A stretch of 64,000 nucleotides of DNA. Origin: the human T2T-CHM13v2.0 reference genome, Homo sapiens. Made by a program: the position numbers and the translations under genes. The notes under the pieces are model-generated. The model was not told the origin of the DNA. It did not search any database and saw only the letters and a program-made list of their open reading frames with translations. Shown one piece after another: positions 28,716 to 44,220 of the stretch (position 1 is the first letter of the stretch; every line of letters starts with the position of its first letter). The DNA lies in the NCBI RefSeq assembly GCF_009914755.1, contig NC_060930.1, one strand, 5' to 3'.

Positions 28716-28946
28716 CTCCAGCAGCTGCCTGGGTGGCATGTTCTGCTTGGTCTTCAGGGAATCAACGAGCTTCTTGAGATCGTTCAACTGTGGCTCAGTG
28801 GAGGCAACATAGTGTTTCCCCGCTTCCGTTCCCTCATGACCCAGCCAGTAAATCCGTGATAGCAGGAAATTCTTCTCCTCCTCTAGGACTTGATGCAGGA
28901 GTTCAAATTCTGTGAGGATCCTTTGCTTCTCATGTTCTACCTGGTC
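28716..28946 (-). CDS. TRIM31: TRIM31 exon 4 (231 nt, coiled coil)
   Basis: TTAG|GACCAG...GAG|GTGAG; encodes DQVEHEKQRILTEFELLHQVLEEEK...PRQLLE; phase 0/0. Confidence 0.96.
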
Positions 28947-29297
28947 CTAAGAAACAGGGACAGGCAGAGGGTGAGAGGATGGCCTCGAAGGTCCTTCTAG
29001 CCCACTTTATTCAGCCATTAATTTTATTAAGTTTGTGTGGAATTCCCAACCAGAGCAATGTGCCAGGGCAGACCTGGAAGAAAGGAAAGGAGAGGAGAAC
29101 AAACTTCTAAAAGCACCTACTACGTGCTCAGCTTTAAGCGAAATTATTAATTTATGGTTTACCACTTGCCTTCAAGGAACTGTCTAATACAATTCCAGAA
29201 GGCTTTTCAGTTTATAATCTTTCATATAGATTTTATTCCTTTCACGCACACAGGAAAATAGGTAAGTGGGGTCACAATGTCTTCATTTTCCTTCTGT

Positions 29298-29600
29298 CTT
29301 TTTTTTTTTTTTTTTTGAGACAGTCTCTCACTCTGTCACTCAGGCTGGAGTGCAGTGCACGATCACGGCTCACTGCAGCCTCATCCTCCCAGGCTCAAAC
29401 AATACTTTCACCTCCCAGCCTCTCTAGTAGCTGGGACTACAGGCGTGTGCTACCACGCCCGGCTAGTTTTCTTTCTTTTTTTTTTTAATTAAGAGGAGAG
29501 TCTCGCTATGTTGCCCAGGCTGGTCTCAAACTCCTGGGCTCAAGCGATCCTCAGCCTCCCAGAGTGCTGTGATTACTGGCGTGAGCCACCGCGCCCGGCC
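29298..29600 (-). mobile_element. AluJ (TRIM31 intron 3)
   Basis: TSD AATGTCTTCATTTTC at 29276-29290 and 29601-29615. Confidence 0.95.
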
Positions 29601-29914
29601 AATGTCTTCATTTTCTAATTGGGGAATCCGTTGAGGGCGCAGCTCGGCCTTAAAAACCTGTACTTGCGATTCTAAGACCAGCGCGGGTTTTCCGTGCCCC
29701 ACCTTGTCTGCCGGTGGAGACTGAGCAGTCAGCCCGCTGTAATAGCGAGGCCGACGCGGGAGGTGATGCCGCCTGGCCGGTCAGGTGCTGAGGCGCCGAG
29801 GAGAGGACATGGCTCACTGGATCTTTTTCTGAGGGGTCAGTGTAATAGGGGATTCCAGGAGCTTTGGCAGAGATGTTTCTGCTTCCAGAGATCGTGGGAT
29901 GGAGTTTTTCTTAC

Positions 29915-30010
29915 CGTGAAGACATCGACCCTGTGTACACCTTGTGCCTTCACTTGTACTGTCTCCTTCTCCTTTTGCTGCAAGACTTGGATCTGCTCTT
30001 GAATCTGCCC
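29915..30010 (-). CDS. TRIM31: TRIM31 exon 3 (96 nt)
   Basis: CCGCAG|GGGCAG...ACG|GTAAG; encodes GQIQEQIQVLQQKEKETVQVKAQGVHRVDVFT. Confidence 0.96.
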
Positions 30011-30655
30011 CTGCGGAAAGAGGGCCGTTTGGACAGGCTGTGCCTGGAGATTTCTGGCCTCATAAAATCCTCCTGGTCTCTTAGGAGAGCTGGTGACACT
30101 CTCCAGGTGAGTCCTTGTGTAATTATTAAGGACTCGCCTTTCTCAAGCTGGCGGGGAAAGGGGTTGCTGAGAAGGGAGAAATCTGGAGCCTAAGTGACCT
30201 AAATGACCAGAACATAGTTATTTATGACTAACTAGGACTATGGATGGTGCTTTGGAATTATCAAAGAACTACAAACTTCCCTTCATCTGTCCTACCAACA
30301 ACTTTAAGAGAGTTGTTTTGTTTTTGCCATTTGAAAGGTGAGGTACCTGAGGCTCAGAGAGGTAAAGTGATTCCTTGCAGGTTGTACAGTAAACTCACAA
30401 GACTGGGCTTGAGCCCAAACCTTCTGAGTCAAATTTTCACATCCTTTCCATTCTCCATTGCACCTTGATTTAGAGAGTCAGCAGTTCCCCAGACTCAGCT
30501 CTTTGAACCCACTGTGCCTGACTGCGAGCTGCCCACTCAAGCCCAAGGGGTGGGGGCAATGGGGTGCAAACCCTCAGTGGGAAGGTAGCAGTTTCCAGGG
30601 CCTCACTGAACTCCTGGGCTGATGGGGGAACAGGGAAGAAACCTCAAATGCCTAC

Positions 30656-31072
30656 CTGATAATTCTGGGCAGCTTCTTCGATCAAGCTGACATTATGGGA
30701 TTTGTGGTCCTTGGATTCACGACACACAAAACAGAGGAACTTCCCATCATCCTCGCAGAAATAGTGGAACATCTCCTGGTGCCTCGGGCATGTAGCCTCT
30801 TTCCTTTTGGACTGCACCTCAGAGGCTTGTAGAGCTTGGATTTTCTCCACCAGATTCCGCAACAGCGAGTTGAACCTGATTGCGTTCTTCCTTACGGAAG
30901 TTTTGCAGAGGGGACATTTGAAAAATCCACATGATGTTTCCCCAATCTGAGTGATGCATTTGAGGCAGAAATTGTGCCCACAGTCGATGGTGACAGGTTT
31001 CTGCAGAATGTCCAGGCAGATGGGGCAGATCACTTCCTCTTGCAGTTTGTTCACAAACTGCCCACTGGCCAT
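30656..31072 (-). CDS. TRIM31: TRIM31 exon 2 coding part: RING + B-box2 (E3 ubiquitin ligase)
   Basis: MASGQFVNKLQEEVICPICLD..CGHNFCLKC..CPLC; B-box CPRH..C..C..C..H..H; donor CAG|GTAGG. The exon starts at 31155 (CCTAG|AAAC). Confidence 0.98.
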
Positions 31073-31330
31073 GACAGAACAACAGGGCTGTTTCAAGACT
31101 GTAGGAAGCTGTGCCAAGTCTGTAGGAGCCCCGGAGTCCACTGTGGATACTGTTTCTAGGAAGGGAGAAGGGAGTCAGAGAAAGTGGAGGTCAGAGATTC
31201 TGCCAATTAGTTAGAAGAGCAGAGAGAGAGGAAAAGAAGAGGGAGAAAAAAATAAAGAAATGATAGAAAAGCGTAAAATTTAGGATCTAGAAAATATTAT
31301 AAAGAGAGGAAAACAGATGGGCAGTCCTAC

Positions 31331-31358
31331 CTTGCTACCTCTTGAGAACAAATGGATA
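31331..31358 (-). other. TRIM31: TRIM31 non-coding exon 1 (TSS approximate)
   Basis: Donor GCAAG|GTAGG at 31331|30; TATA-like TTTATAA at 31387-31381. Confidence 0.65.
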
Positions 31359-31379
31359 CTTTGAATGTGTAATAGGCTG

Positions 31380-31715
31380 CTTATAAAGTGAAATAAGTTG
31401 TCCTGAACTTTGGACTAAAGGTATGTTTGTATGGTGGTTGACTAAGATCAGAATGACCGGGGCACCAAACACCACTTATGGGGGATTTCCCAATCAGCTC
31501 TGAGTAGGGAGTGGAGGGGTGGGTGGTGATGCCTACTGAAAGGTCACAGCCAGTTCACTGCAATGCTTTGGGCATCTTGTATGCAAAGTTCAAGCCTTGG
31601 TAGAGCATCTGGAAAGTAGGGGAAGGGCAATTCTCTACCTCAGGTGCTTTGGCTCCTCACAGAATTTTGTGAAAATGTGGAGGTTATCATCACCTACCTT
31701 GGGGAATTTCCAGTC
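31380..31715 (-). promoter_or_regulatory. TRIM31 proximal promoter (TATA, IRF-like, HNF4 DR1, two NF-kB sites, DR5 RARE)
   Basis: AAGTGAAA 31386-31393; AGTCCAAAGTTCA (-) 31404-31416; GGGGATTTCC 31481-31490; AGGTCA-cagcc-AGTTCA 31541-31557; GGGAATTTCC 31702-31711. Confidence 0.75.
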
Positions 31716-32248
31716 ACAGGGTCAACCAACCACTCCCTAGCTCAGTAGGATAGGCAAGGAACTTCCTTTCTAAAGAGTTGTTCTTTGTTTTTGCACTTTG
31801 CTCTTGCCCCTGGTGATCTTCTGTCTCCCCACAACACCTGTAGTAGTCTGTCCTCTGTTGATTTTTTCTCTGTATGTCTCCAGTATGCTGGTGTCTCCGT
31901 GCCCATTCTTTGCTTTGCCAATTCTGTCTATATGTTCTTCTTCTTCCTTCTTGGTGCTTCTCTGATCCCTGACTTGCCTTCTATGGCTTTTGTTATGACT
32001 AGGAATATATCAACCAGTGTTACATACATTCCCTTCTGTACATTCATGTCCTAACCTTCCCTCCTTGCCTCTTGTCTTAAGGAAAAGGGTGCTTCCTCCC
32101 TACCCCTTCTCTTGGTATAGCTTCCACCCTCACCTCCTCACTCTCCATTATCAGCCGTCTGTCCCCAGCAAGAAGTACACCATTAATTTTTGTCTGATCT
32201 TAATCTTAGGTCAAACAGGGCTTGTGGATGACTATTATAATAATAGCC

Positions 32249-32379
32249 AGAGTGATCATACACTCTGCTTTGCCTGGAACCATCCTGGGTTTCACTTTGT
32301 CCTGGTGTAATTATTAATAGCACCTCCTTTCACTTTCAGAAATGTCCAGTTTGGACTATAAATTATGTGGCTCCCCTTA
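32249..32379. mobile_element. MER94-like DNA element
   Basis: GTGTAATTATTAATAGCACC..TTTCACT..TAAATTATGTGG..CCCT signature. Confidence 0.6.
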
Positions 32380-33340
32380 TAGCAACTGCTGTAAACCAAA
32401 GACTTTCAGAAATGTTATACCTCCAGACCTTTCTTTTTGTTTGTTTTAGGGTTAAATTAAAACAGTCTAACATCTGTAAATTGTTTTACTTACACTCCTA
32501 AACTGCTGGCCCCTAGAAGCAGAATTTAACTTTTGACAGGTTTTGTTTGACTGGCATGATGATTTAGAAAATAATGATAATGTAGATGCCTTTAGAGAGG
32601 GTGGCTATGTTCCCCACCGCTCTGCTACCTCACGTCTCCTTGGCCCTTGAAGGCATTTGACATTATGACTCTGATTTATAGATTTATTTTGCTTATATTA
32701 CCTCATTTAAGTCTCACCTGTAAGAAATTATCTTTATCCTTTCTCAAAAAAGGAACTCAGTATTCTTCAGAATCACTTGGAAAACTTGTTAAAATTCAGA
32801 TTTGCTGAACTCCAGTAGAGACTTTCTCTTTCAACAGGTCCTTGGTGGAGCCTGATGATTGACATCTTAAGCAAATTCTCTGGAGAAGTCGATGCTCCTG
32901 ATGGAGGCTCACACATTGATAACCCCTGGTTTAGAGACACTACTAATTGTTCCAGCTCATCCAGCTAATAAATGACAGATCTCAGACTTAATTCCAGGTT
33001 TCCTATTCCACATTAAGTCTTCTTTATTCTTTCTTGTTTCAGCATTAATGAAAACAAATAGTAATCTTTAAAAATGATAAACAAATATTTTAAAAGAACA
33101 TTGGTATTTCAATGAAGCTGGGCAACCCAGCAGAGAGAATGAAAATACTCATATGAACACCACTGGAGAGTTTCAAAGAACTGTCACCAAACAGGTACTG
33201 ATGGCTTCATGAGGAAGGAAATTTAGACATAAAAAATGAGAATCTACAGTGTTTCAAAGGTGCTTTACTCTCTCAGAATTATTATTGTTATCCTGGGTCA
33301 TCCATCCACTGGACTGAATGGAGATATATATATACATATA

Positions 33341-33698
<358 letters not shown>

Positions 33699-34789
33699 TG
33701 AAACCAAATGCCTCCAATTTGCAAGGGCTAGGGTCTTGAGATAGTTGGTATTGTGTTAGTTCCAAAGGACTTCCAAGCCAATTCTGAGGCATAGAGTTTA
33801 TAAAAATTAGCCATAGAACAGGAAATGATGCAGAGCCTCATGCACATGAGACAGCTGTCACACACAAGAAAGCAGACACAGAGCCATGCAGCAGCGAGTG
33901 CACAGATCTGGAGGGGACCTGCCAAGACTAATGGGATGAGACACCTTATCAGAGGCCAGTGAAGGCTAGAGGCAGCTCAGTTGTCAGACTAGACAGCCCC
34001 ACAATGTTACATAAGCCTCCCTGCATCACGATTCCAGCTACAGAAGCTTCCCCTGCCTCAGGATTCACATTTCCGGGCCTATGTGAATTGGTAGAATGTC
34101 TATGGAGGAAAATAATGTGATATGTTTCAAAACTACAAATGCTCATTCCCTTTATCCCAGAAATTCCACCTCTGGGAATTTAGTCTACAGATATACTCAC
34201 ACATATAAATTTATTTTGGACTTTGTGGTAATGTTTGCATTAGCAAAATATTAGAAAACAATCTAAATGTACATCAGTATGGAAATGTTTAAATAAATTA
34301 TAGCCCAGCTTTATAACAGAATAGAAATAAAAAAGAATCAGGGAGTTCCTTATTTACATATGGAAAATATGGCCAAGATATGTTGTTATGTGAAGAAAGG
34401 AAAAAACAAATAATGCAGAAAAATGCATGTACTATGCTACCATTTGGGTAGAAAAAAAATACTTATTTTCTTGAATATCCAAATAAGTTCTTTCTGGAAG
34501 GATAAGAATTTAATAACTAACAATGGTTGTCTCTAAGGAGAGGGACTGACTAGCCAGGGAACAGGGGTGGAAGAGAGGCTTTTCTTTGTATGACATATTA
34601 CATTTTGTGAATTTTTAATTGTATAAATACATTAAGTTTTTTTCTTTTTTAGTACTTTTTACATTATGTTTTACAACATTAAATAGTAAATCAAAAAATG
34701 GACAGAGAATGAAATGGACATTTGCAGAGCAATAAAACCAATTAACCAATAAATACTTGAAAACAGTAATCTTGAAAATGCACGCTCAA

Positions 34790-35130
34790 CTCATTGGCTC
34801 ATGCCTGTAATTCCAGCACTTTGTGAGGCCAAGGCAGGCAGATTTCTTGAGCATAGGAGTTCAAGAGCAGCCTGGACAACATGGTGAAACCCTGTCTCTA
34901 CAAAAAATACAAAAGTTAGCTGGGCATGGTGGCACACACCTATAGTCCCAGCTTCTTGGAAGGCTGATGCAGGAGGATTGCATGAACCTGCGAGATCGAG
35001 GCTGCAGTGAGCCGTGATCATGCCACTGCACTTTAGCCGCCCTACTGCACTCCAGCTTGGGTAACAGAGCAAGACGTTTCCTTAAAAAAAAAAAAAAAAG
35101 AAAGAAAGAAAGAAAAAGAAAAAAGAAAAT
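34790..35130 (+). mobile_element. AluJ
   Basis: GAGGCTGCAGTGAGCCGTGATC J-type diagnostic; lies within L1M-like sequence. Confidence 0.9.
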
Positions 35131-35639
35131 GCCAATTAAAATAAAAGAAGATATCAGTTTATATCTTAAGTTTAAGTCTGGAATATCAAATATAGCCAAG
35201 GACATGGAGAAATAGGTACTCCTATACCCTACTGGTGAGAGTATAAATTACAATAATTTAAAAATATTTAGTAGAATTTAAACGGTGTACTTTCATTTCA
35301 AGGTTCTGTAATGATAATGATGATGATGAAAATACTGCTACCAGTAAATAAAAGCTAACATTTCTTGAATGCTTACCATGTGCCAGGCACAGTCCCAAGC
35401 ATTTTGCGTATTAACTCATTTATATAGAGAAGTATTATTATTCCCATTTTGAGGACAAGTCAACGGAGATCAAGAGAGATTAAGCAATTTGCCCCAAAGG
35501 TCATTCAGTAAGTAAATAGTGGAATGGGGACTTGAACCCAGGTAGCCTCTAGAGCCTTCTTACACCCTGTATGATTCTGCCTCTCTAGAGAAAACCTTGC
35601 ACATGTGCACTCAGAGATGCATGTAACAGTATTAATATT

Positions 35640-35949
<310 letters not shown>

Positions 35950-35954
35950 CTATG

Positions 35955-36167
35955 TCAGGGTTTTTCAATGATAGCACTGTTGACATTTTAGGCTGGATAA
36001 TTCTTTGGTGTGTGGTGGCCCTGTGCACTGTAGGATGTTTACCAGCATCCCTGGCCTCTACCACTAGATTCCAGTAGCACTCCTATCCCCCAGTTGTGAC
36101 AAACAAAAATGTCTCCAAGCATGACCAAATGTCCCTGGGGGACAAAACCTCTGATGGAAAACCAGTG
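35955..36167. mobile_element. MER20
   Basis: GCACTGTTGACATTTT.GGCTGGATAATTCTTTG..CCCCAGTTGTGACAA..CAAATGTCCCTGGGGG. Confidence 0.85.
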
Positions 36168-37083
36168 ATCTGTATGTAGTCATATGGCTAGGTCTCAAAA
36201 CAGTAATGAGTATGTGGTGATTTATATACACTTAGAAACACACAACACTTCATATAGTTTGCAGTTTCCATATATGTGATAGAAGTTTAAACACAAGGCC
36301 TGAAAGGATACATACTAAATTTATGGCAGTGTTTGCTTCCGGGAGGAGAGAGAGAAAGAGCGAGAGAGGAATGGAACTAAGAAGAGAACTAAATGGACAG
36401 AGGGATTCTCAAATTTTTTTGAGATTAAAATTTAAAAAATTAAATCTGTAATATTTAATTTTTAAAAATCTGAGGCAAACATAGCAAAATGTTTGTATTT
36501 GTTAATTCTAGGTTGTGGTTATAAGGTGCTTGTTATATGATTTTCTATTATTTTCTATATTAAGTTTTTCCAAAGTAAAATATTTTAGTTAAAATAGGAA
36601 AAATGTTGAAAATGAACAATGGATAGAAATAAAAATAGAAATTCAGAGGAATTCTAAAATAAATTCTAAAATTAAGAAAAAGTTCAACTCCTTTCCTACT
36701 ACTCAGGAAAATACAAATAATGCGATACAAATACAAAAATGAGATAAACTTTGTACTCATCAGATTGGCAAAATTTTTCAAAAATGTCCAGAGCTGATGA
36801 GGATGTGGAAAAATGGGACTCTTCATATGCGGCTGGTTTCAGTGTGAATGGGCACTATCTTTTTCAAAAGCCTCAAGGCAAATGACTTAAAATGCATTTG
36901 AACGGTGACTAGAAAGAATATTATAAGAAAAGTAAAATGCACACAGGATTTCAAAAGGGTTTTTAGGCTTCAAGATAAGTCAGGGACGGTGGGGTCGAAA
37001 TGAAGTCAAGGGACAGCTTACACAGAGATACCCTATAACCAGTCTCCCAACAAGAGAGCTAGATTTTATTTAGTTAAAAATAG

Positions 37084-37551
<468 letters not shown>

Positions 37552-38646
37552 ATAAAAAAGTTCTGTTTAAAATACCAGAATGATTAAAATGTTTGCTTTC
37601 TGTTTGCATGTATATCATCCCATTAAAAATGAGTTTAAAGTTTTCTATAGAGATATATACATGCAAACAGAAAGAAAAAAAAATAGGAGGGCCATCAAAA
37701 TAAATGGAGCAACAAAGTTCAGTTTATATATAGCAGTCAATATAACATTGGGCTGAATTGCTCAACCAAAGGATCAGTCATGAGATTAAAAACCCCAACA
37801 AAATGTAAAGCTCCCTTTCTTCCTTAGAGAAACCCATTAAAACATAGAAGCATAAATCCAGAGATAGTTTAAGGGCTGCTGTGCCTGTGCAGATGGGAGA
37901 ACCTCATGGTGGTCTCACTCCTCTCCCTCTGCCAGGAGAAACTGCAGTCTCCTAACACCGCGACTCCAACTTAGGAGCAAGGGCAGGGGGAAGAAGCTGA
38001 AAAGGCCTGGCCTTCACTTGACTCAGTTATCCAGATTATTTAAATTATTGGATTGGCCGGTGGAATGGTTAATTTTATATGTCAACTTGGCTAGGCCGCG
38101 CTACCCAGTTATTTGCTATGGTTATGCTGCTTCTACAATAAATGACATCAGAGAAAAGTGGTTGAGAGAAAAGTGGCAAGAAGAAATAAAAATATGCTTG
38201 GGTTTGAGGATCTAAATGCCCCCATCAGAACACATCAGACTATGTAATATTCTTGTACCACAGAAGTACCGTGTCCAGAGCCTAACACAGAGCTCTTGGT
38301 AACTCACTCTGGGAAGCGCATTTTAATAAAGGTAACCGCAAACTGGACTGCCTTGAGAGGAGGTCACTTGGATGGCAAGCAGTTTTGAAATCTCATTTCA
38401 GGAGGCATGAGGAGGATCTGGTTGGCCCTGAGAGACTCAGGAGTACAGAGTGCTGCCTTCCAGATGCGGGGAGGTTTGTGGTGGATGTCTGTCTCTCCCA
38501 TGGTCTCAACACTTCTATGCAGATTTCCGCGGGCTGAATTGTGTCCCTCTCACCCACTGCTCCAAACTTGTATGATGAAGCCCTAACTCCAAGAACCTCA
38601 AAATGTGACTATATTTGGAAATAGGGCCTTTGAAAGTTGATTAAAT

Positions 38647-39726
<1,080 letters not shown>

Positions 39727-40311
39727 GAGGTAAAATAAGCCCATCAGAGCAGACCTTTGTCTAATCTGACTGGCGTCTTCATAAGAAGACGAGATTTGGA
39801 CACACAGAAGGGCACCAGGGATGCTCCACATGAGGAAAGACCTTGTGAGGACTCACTGAGTAGACGGCCATCTGTAAGCCAAGGAGAGCGGCCTCACAGG
39901 CAACAACCTTGATCTTGGACTGTCAGCCTCCAGAACTTTGAGAAAATAAATTGCTGTTGCTAGAGCCACCCAGCCTGTGGTACTTTGTTACGGAGGTCCT
40001 GGCAAAAGAATACACAGATGAACTCCCATATCACCGCAGAGCCCACCTTCCATCCCCACAACCCCAGTTCTGAGTTTCCAGCTCTTCGCAAGGGATCTCC
40101 CAACCCTTACACCTCCTACTGGATGGAGCAGTGCTCATCTCCTCTTCTCTCTATTGCAAACTTCAGTGCAGGCACTCCACAATCCTGCAGCTGCAATGTG
40201 AGCCAGTTTAGCCCCTCTGGACTGTGTGTGGGCAATATACACCAAAATTATTTTAAAATGCACCTAAGACCGTTTGGCCCAGTAGTTTCATGTCTAAAAG
40301 TTTTCCCTAAG

Positions 40312-40922
40312 TGAAGCCATCCTCACAGGGTTAACAATAATTCTGGACAGAAATATAATTATAATTAAGCCTTAATCAGACTGCACTTTGACTCACTTCC
40401 TTGAAACCAAAAGTCATGTAACACTAGACACTGACCAGTCATATCCCCATTGTTGCTCTAGGTAGGATTTCTGACATAAGAATCAGCCAAGGCAGGAGGA
40501 TTGCTTGAAGCCAGGAGTTCGAGACCAGCCTGGGCAACAAAGCAAGATCCCATCTCTACAAAAAAAATTATTAATTAAAAAAATTTTTTTAAAGAATTGC
40601 TTAAGCAGATCCTGAATTTTAGTAGAACAGCTGATGACAACTAGTTTAAGACCTCCACAAAGGAACTGTTTTCTCAACTTGATAATACAGCTTCTTCATC
40701 TCCTTGTCCCATGACTTCACCCTGCACTCTTCAGCCAGTCACTTTGGCCAACTCCAAAATCTTTAAAATCTCTAGCTCCAAATTATTTGGGGAGATGGAT
40801 TTGAAGTTCCCTTCCATGTCCTCATTTGGCGGCCCTACGATTAAACCTCTTTCTCTGCTGCAACCAGGTTTCAGCTTACTGACTTTCTGTGCCTGTTGGG
40901 CAACAAATCTGTTATGGTTACA
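40312..40922 (+). mobile_element. Solo ERV1 LTR (LTR26-like) containing an Alu fragment (40486-40590)
   Basis: TG...CA termini, 4-bp TSD TAAG (40308-40311, 40923-40926), and ATTAAA at 40840-40845. Confidence 0.75.
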
Positions 40923-41591
40923 TAAGGAAGTAATCAAAAGCATATATAGTCAGAGAAAAGAAACCAGAAGGATAACTTATTTGTTCATTACAATGGATAC
41001 TTATTACTATGTGACAGGCATAATTCTAGGCACTTTTATTACAGTGAATAAAGTATACAGAAGCCCCACCCACTGAGAGCCAGGCAGTAAATCAGCTAAC
41101 CAAATGAATCATACATTAGGAGGAAATTTTTTTTTTCACATTAAGGTTCTAAGGAGGAAATAAATATTATGGAGGAAAAAATAAAGCAGAAAGGGAGTAT
41201 GAAGAGCAGTCGATATGGTTCCAGTTTTCAATAGAGCTGTCAAAATAGGCTTGAGAAGGTGAAAACTGGCATCAACTTGCAGGCAGTTAACAGTAAGGTG
41301 CCAATAGTTGTTATTGCTGGTTGGTGAAATTATGGGTAATTATATTCTTTTATACTTTTCTGTGCTTTCCAAATGCAGCACAATTAACATATTTGCTTTT
41401 ACAATTAAAAAAATCCCACAATAAATGTTACTTAAAAAAAAAAACTGACACCTTCAGTTGTTCCCCATTTTCTACAGAATAAAGTCCAACTCGTCCTCCA
41501 TTGGCCTCTTCCCTTTCATCTAAACTTATCTTTCATTCCTTAACTGTCTTTTCCAGTTGGCCTGATACCCTGTGACCCAGATTTGCCAAAC

Positions 41592-41750
41592 AGGGTTGTC
41601 AGATTTAGCAAATAAAAGTACAGGACACCCAGTTAAATATGAACGTCAGATAAACAATGAATAATGCAATATTTGAGACATACTAAAAAACTACTTGTTG
41701 TACATCTGAAATTCAAGTTTAACTGAGCATCGTATGTTTTTCCTGACAAT
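41592..41750. mobile_element. MER53-like palindromic MITE (second copy)
   Basis: AGGGTTGTCAGATTTAGCAAATAAAA..CCCAGTTAAAT..CAGATAAACAA / TTGTTGT..ATCTGAAATTCAAGTTTAACTG. Confidence 0.8.
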
Positions 41751-41910
41751 GTGACAAGTGATCTTCCTTCCCCTGTGCTGGAATAATCTCTTTTCCATCT
41801 TTCCAAATTTTTCCAGCTAATCAGAGGGTGGGGAGGAGGGATGGATGTGGGTGGGAATGAGAGATAAGCCTGCCTATCAACTCCTGTATTTAATATAGGA
41901 TATTCCTGGG

Positions 41911-42311
<401 letters not shown>

Positions 42312-43845
42312 TTATGACTTTCCTATAGATAAAAATTGCACCTTTAATCAGAGAACAATGGCCCAGGTGTCAGGTATAGGTGAAAGTCCAAAGTTCTCTT
42401 CAGAAAAGAAACTCTATTTTAGTTATACAGAACATTTATTCAAATCTTCCACTATTTAATTTATGTAAAATATCCTAGTCAATGTTTTTAACCCGAGTGT
42501 TTTTAAACATTGCTTTTTAAAAAATAAAAAACTTTTAAAATATTGAACCATTTACGGGGGCTTTAAAAACAGACAGCTTTTGTTCCAAATGAGGATGCCT
42601 CTCCTTCCGTTTGTCTGACCTACCCTTTGCCCCCATGGTCCCCTACTCCATTTATTAGCTCCACAGAGACCTGACAGAACCTTAAAGTTGATCCCTGAGT
42701 CAGACTGGGCCTGTCTCAAGGTCAGCTCACATCTGAAATCAAGCCTCTGCTGAGTCTGTGGAGTAAAAGGCTGATACTCCCTTCTCTCCTGCAAGACAGC
42801 TGTGTGCTCTGGCCCAGAGTGGGCACAGAACTGCTGGGCCCAGGCTGTCAGAAACTTCTGGGCTGGCATCCAGCTGCTCCAATGCACAAAGCCAGCTAAC
42901 GCAGGCCAACCATGCCAGTGAGTCCACATTACAGAAGGACGGGAAGCAGTGGGATGCGGTACCCAGGGGTAGCAGTCTAATCCCTCCCAAAGCCAAATTC
43001 TAGAAAAATTTTCCAAATTTAAAAAATGGAAAAGGGAAAAATGGAAAATGGAAAAAATTTTAAATTTAATTTTCCAAATTTAAAAAATGGTAAAAGCTCT
43101 TACCCATGGCCATAGTTTTTCATCTTGACATCCTCAGCACTTACCATGGTACCTGGCACAAAACAGCTAATTTTTCAGTTGCCATACTGAACAGCCATTG
43201 TATACAGGCTCTCTATATTCCAATGACAACAATCTTTAGGCAACATTGTTAAGTGACAGAACAGTGTTTAGTATGCAAAACTTTGCTTAATAAAGGGGAG
43301 AAATACCAATATATATAGTTGTATTTAACTTCTATTTACATAAAGAAACATTGAAAGGATACGCAGAAAACTAATAAAAGTGTGTACCGGTGGGCCAGGG
43401 ACGGGGGTAGTGGTAGGTGGAATGAATGAAGAAGGGCAAGGTGGTCACAGTCCTACTTAATCTATACCTTTTAATATATTATTTTTTGAGCCAAGTGTAT
43501 GTATAACCCTTTAAGTTACATAGTTAAAATCATCTATTTTTGGTTATATAATTTTGTAGTAGCAAAAAACTCAACTGAAAAATAGGAAGCTATTCTCTCC
43601 ATTTCTCTCTGTGGTCACATAGCCGCTCACGTTTAATTCTTTCTAAGCTCACAGATTGACCAACACAGCCACCATACTTGAGTTTCCATGACTTTATAAT
43701 TCTAGTGCCCATCACTGTCTCAATCTAGATTTCCTTTTCCCCAAAAAAAATCTGCTACGTCACTTGCTATAATTTCTAGCTCTCTGCCAAATGTTTCACA
43801 CATAGCTTTTATCCTTTTGAAGATAGCATATACATTGTTATATAG

Positions 43846-44220
<375 letters not shown>

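Noticed and set aside
30644-31141. ORF as an intronless 165-aa protein
   Set aside because: It is TRIM31 exon 2 read past the donor at 30656; the annotated-type start is the ATG at 31072.
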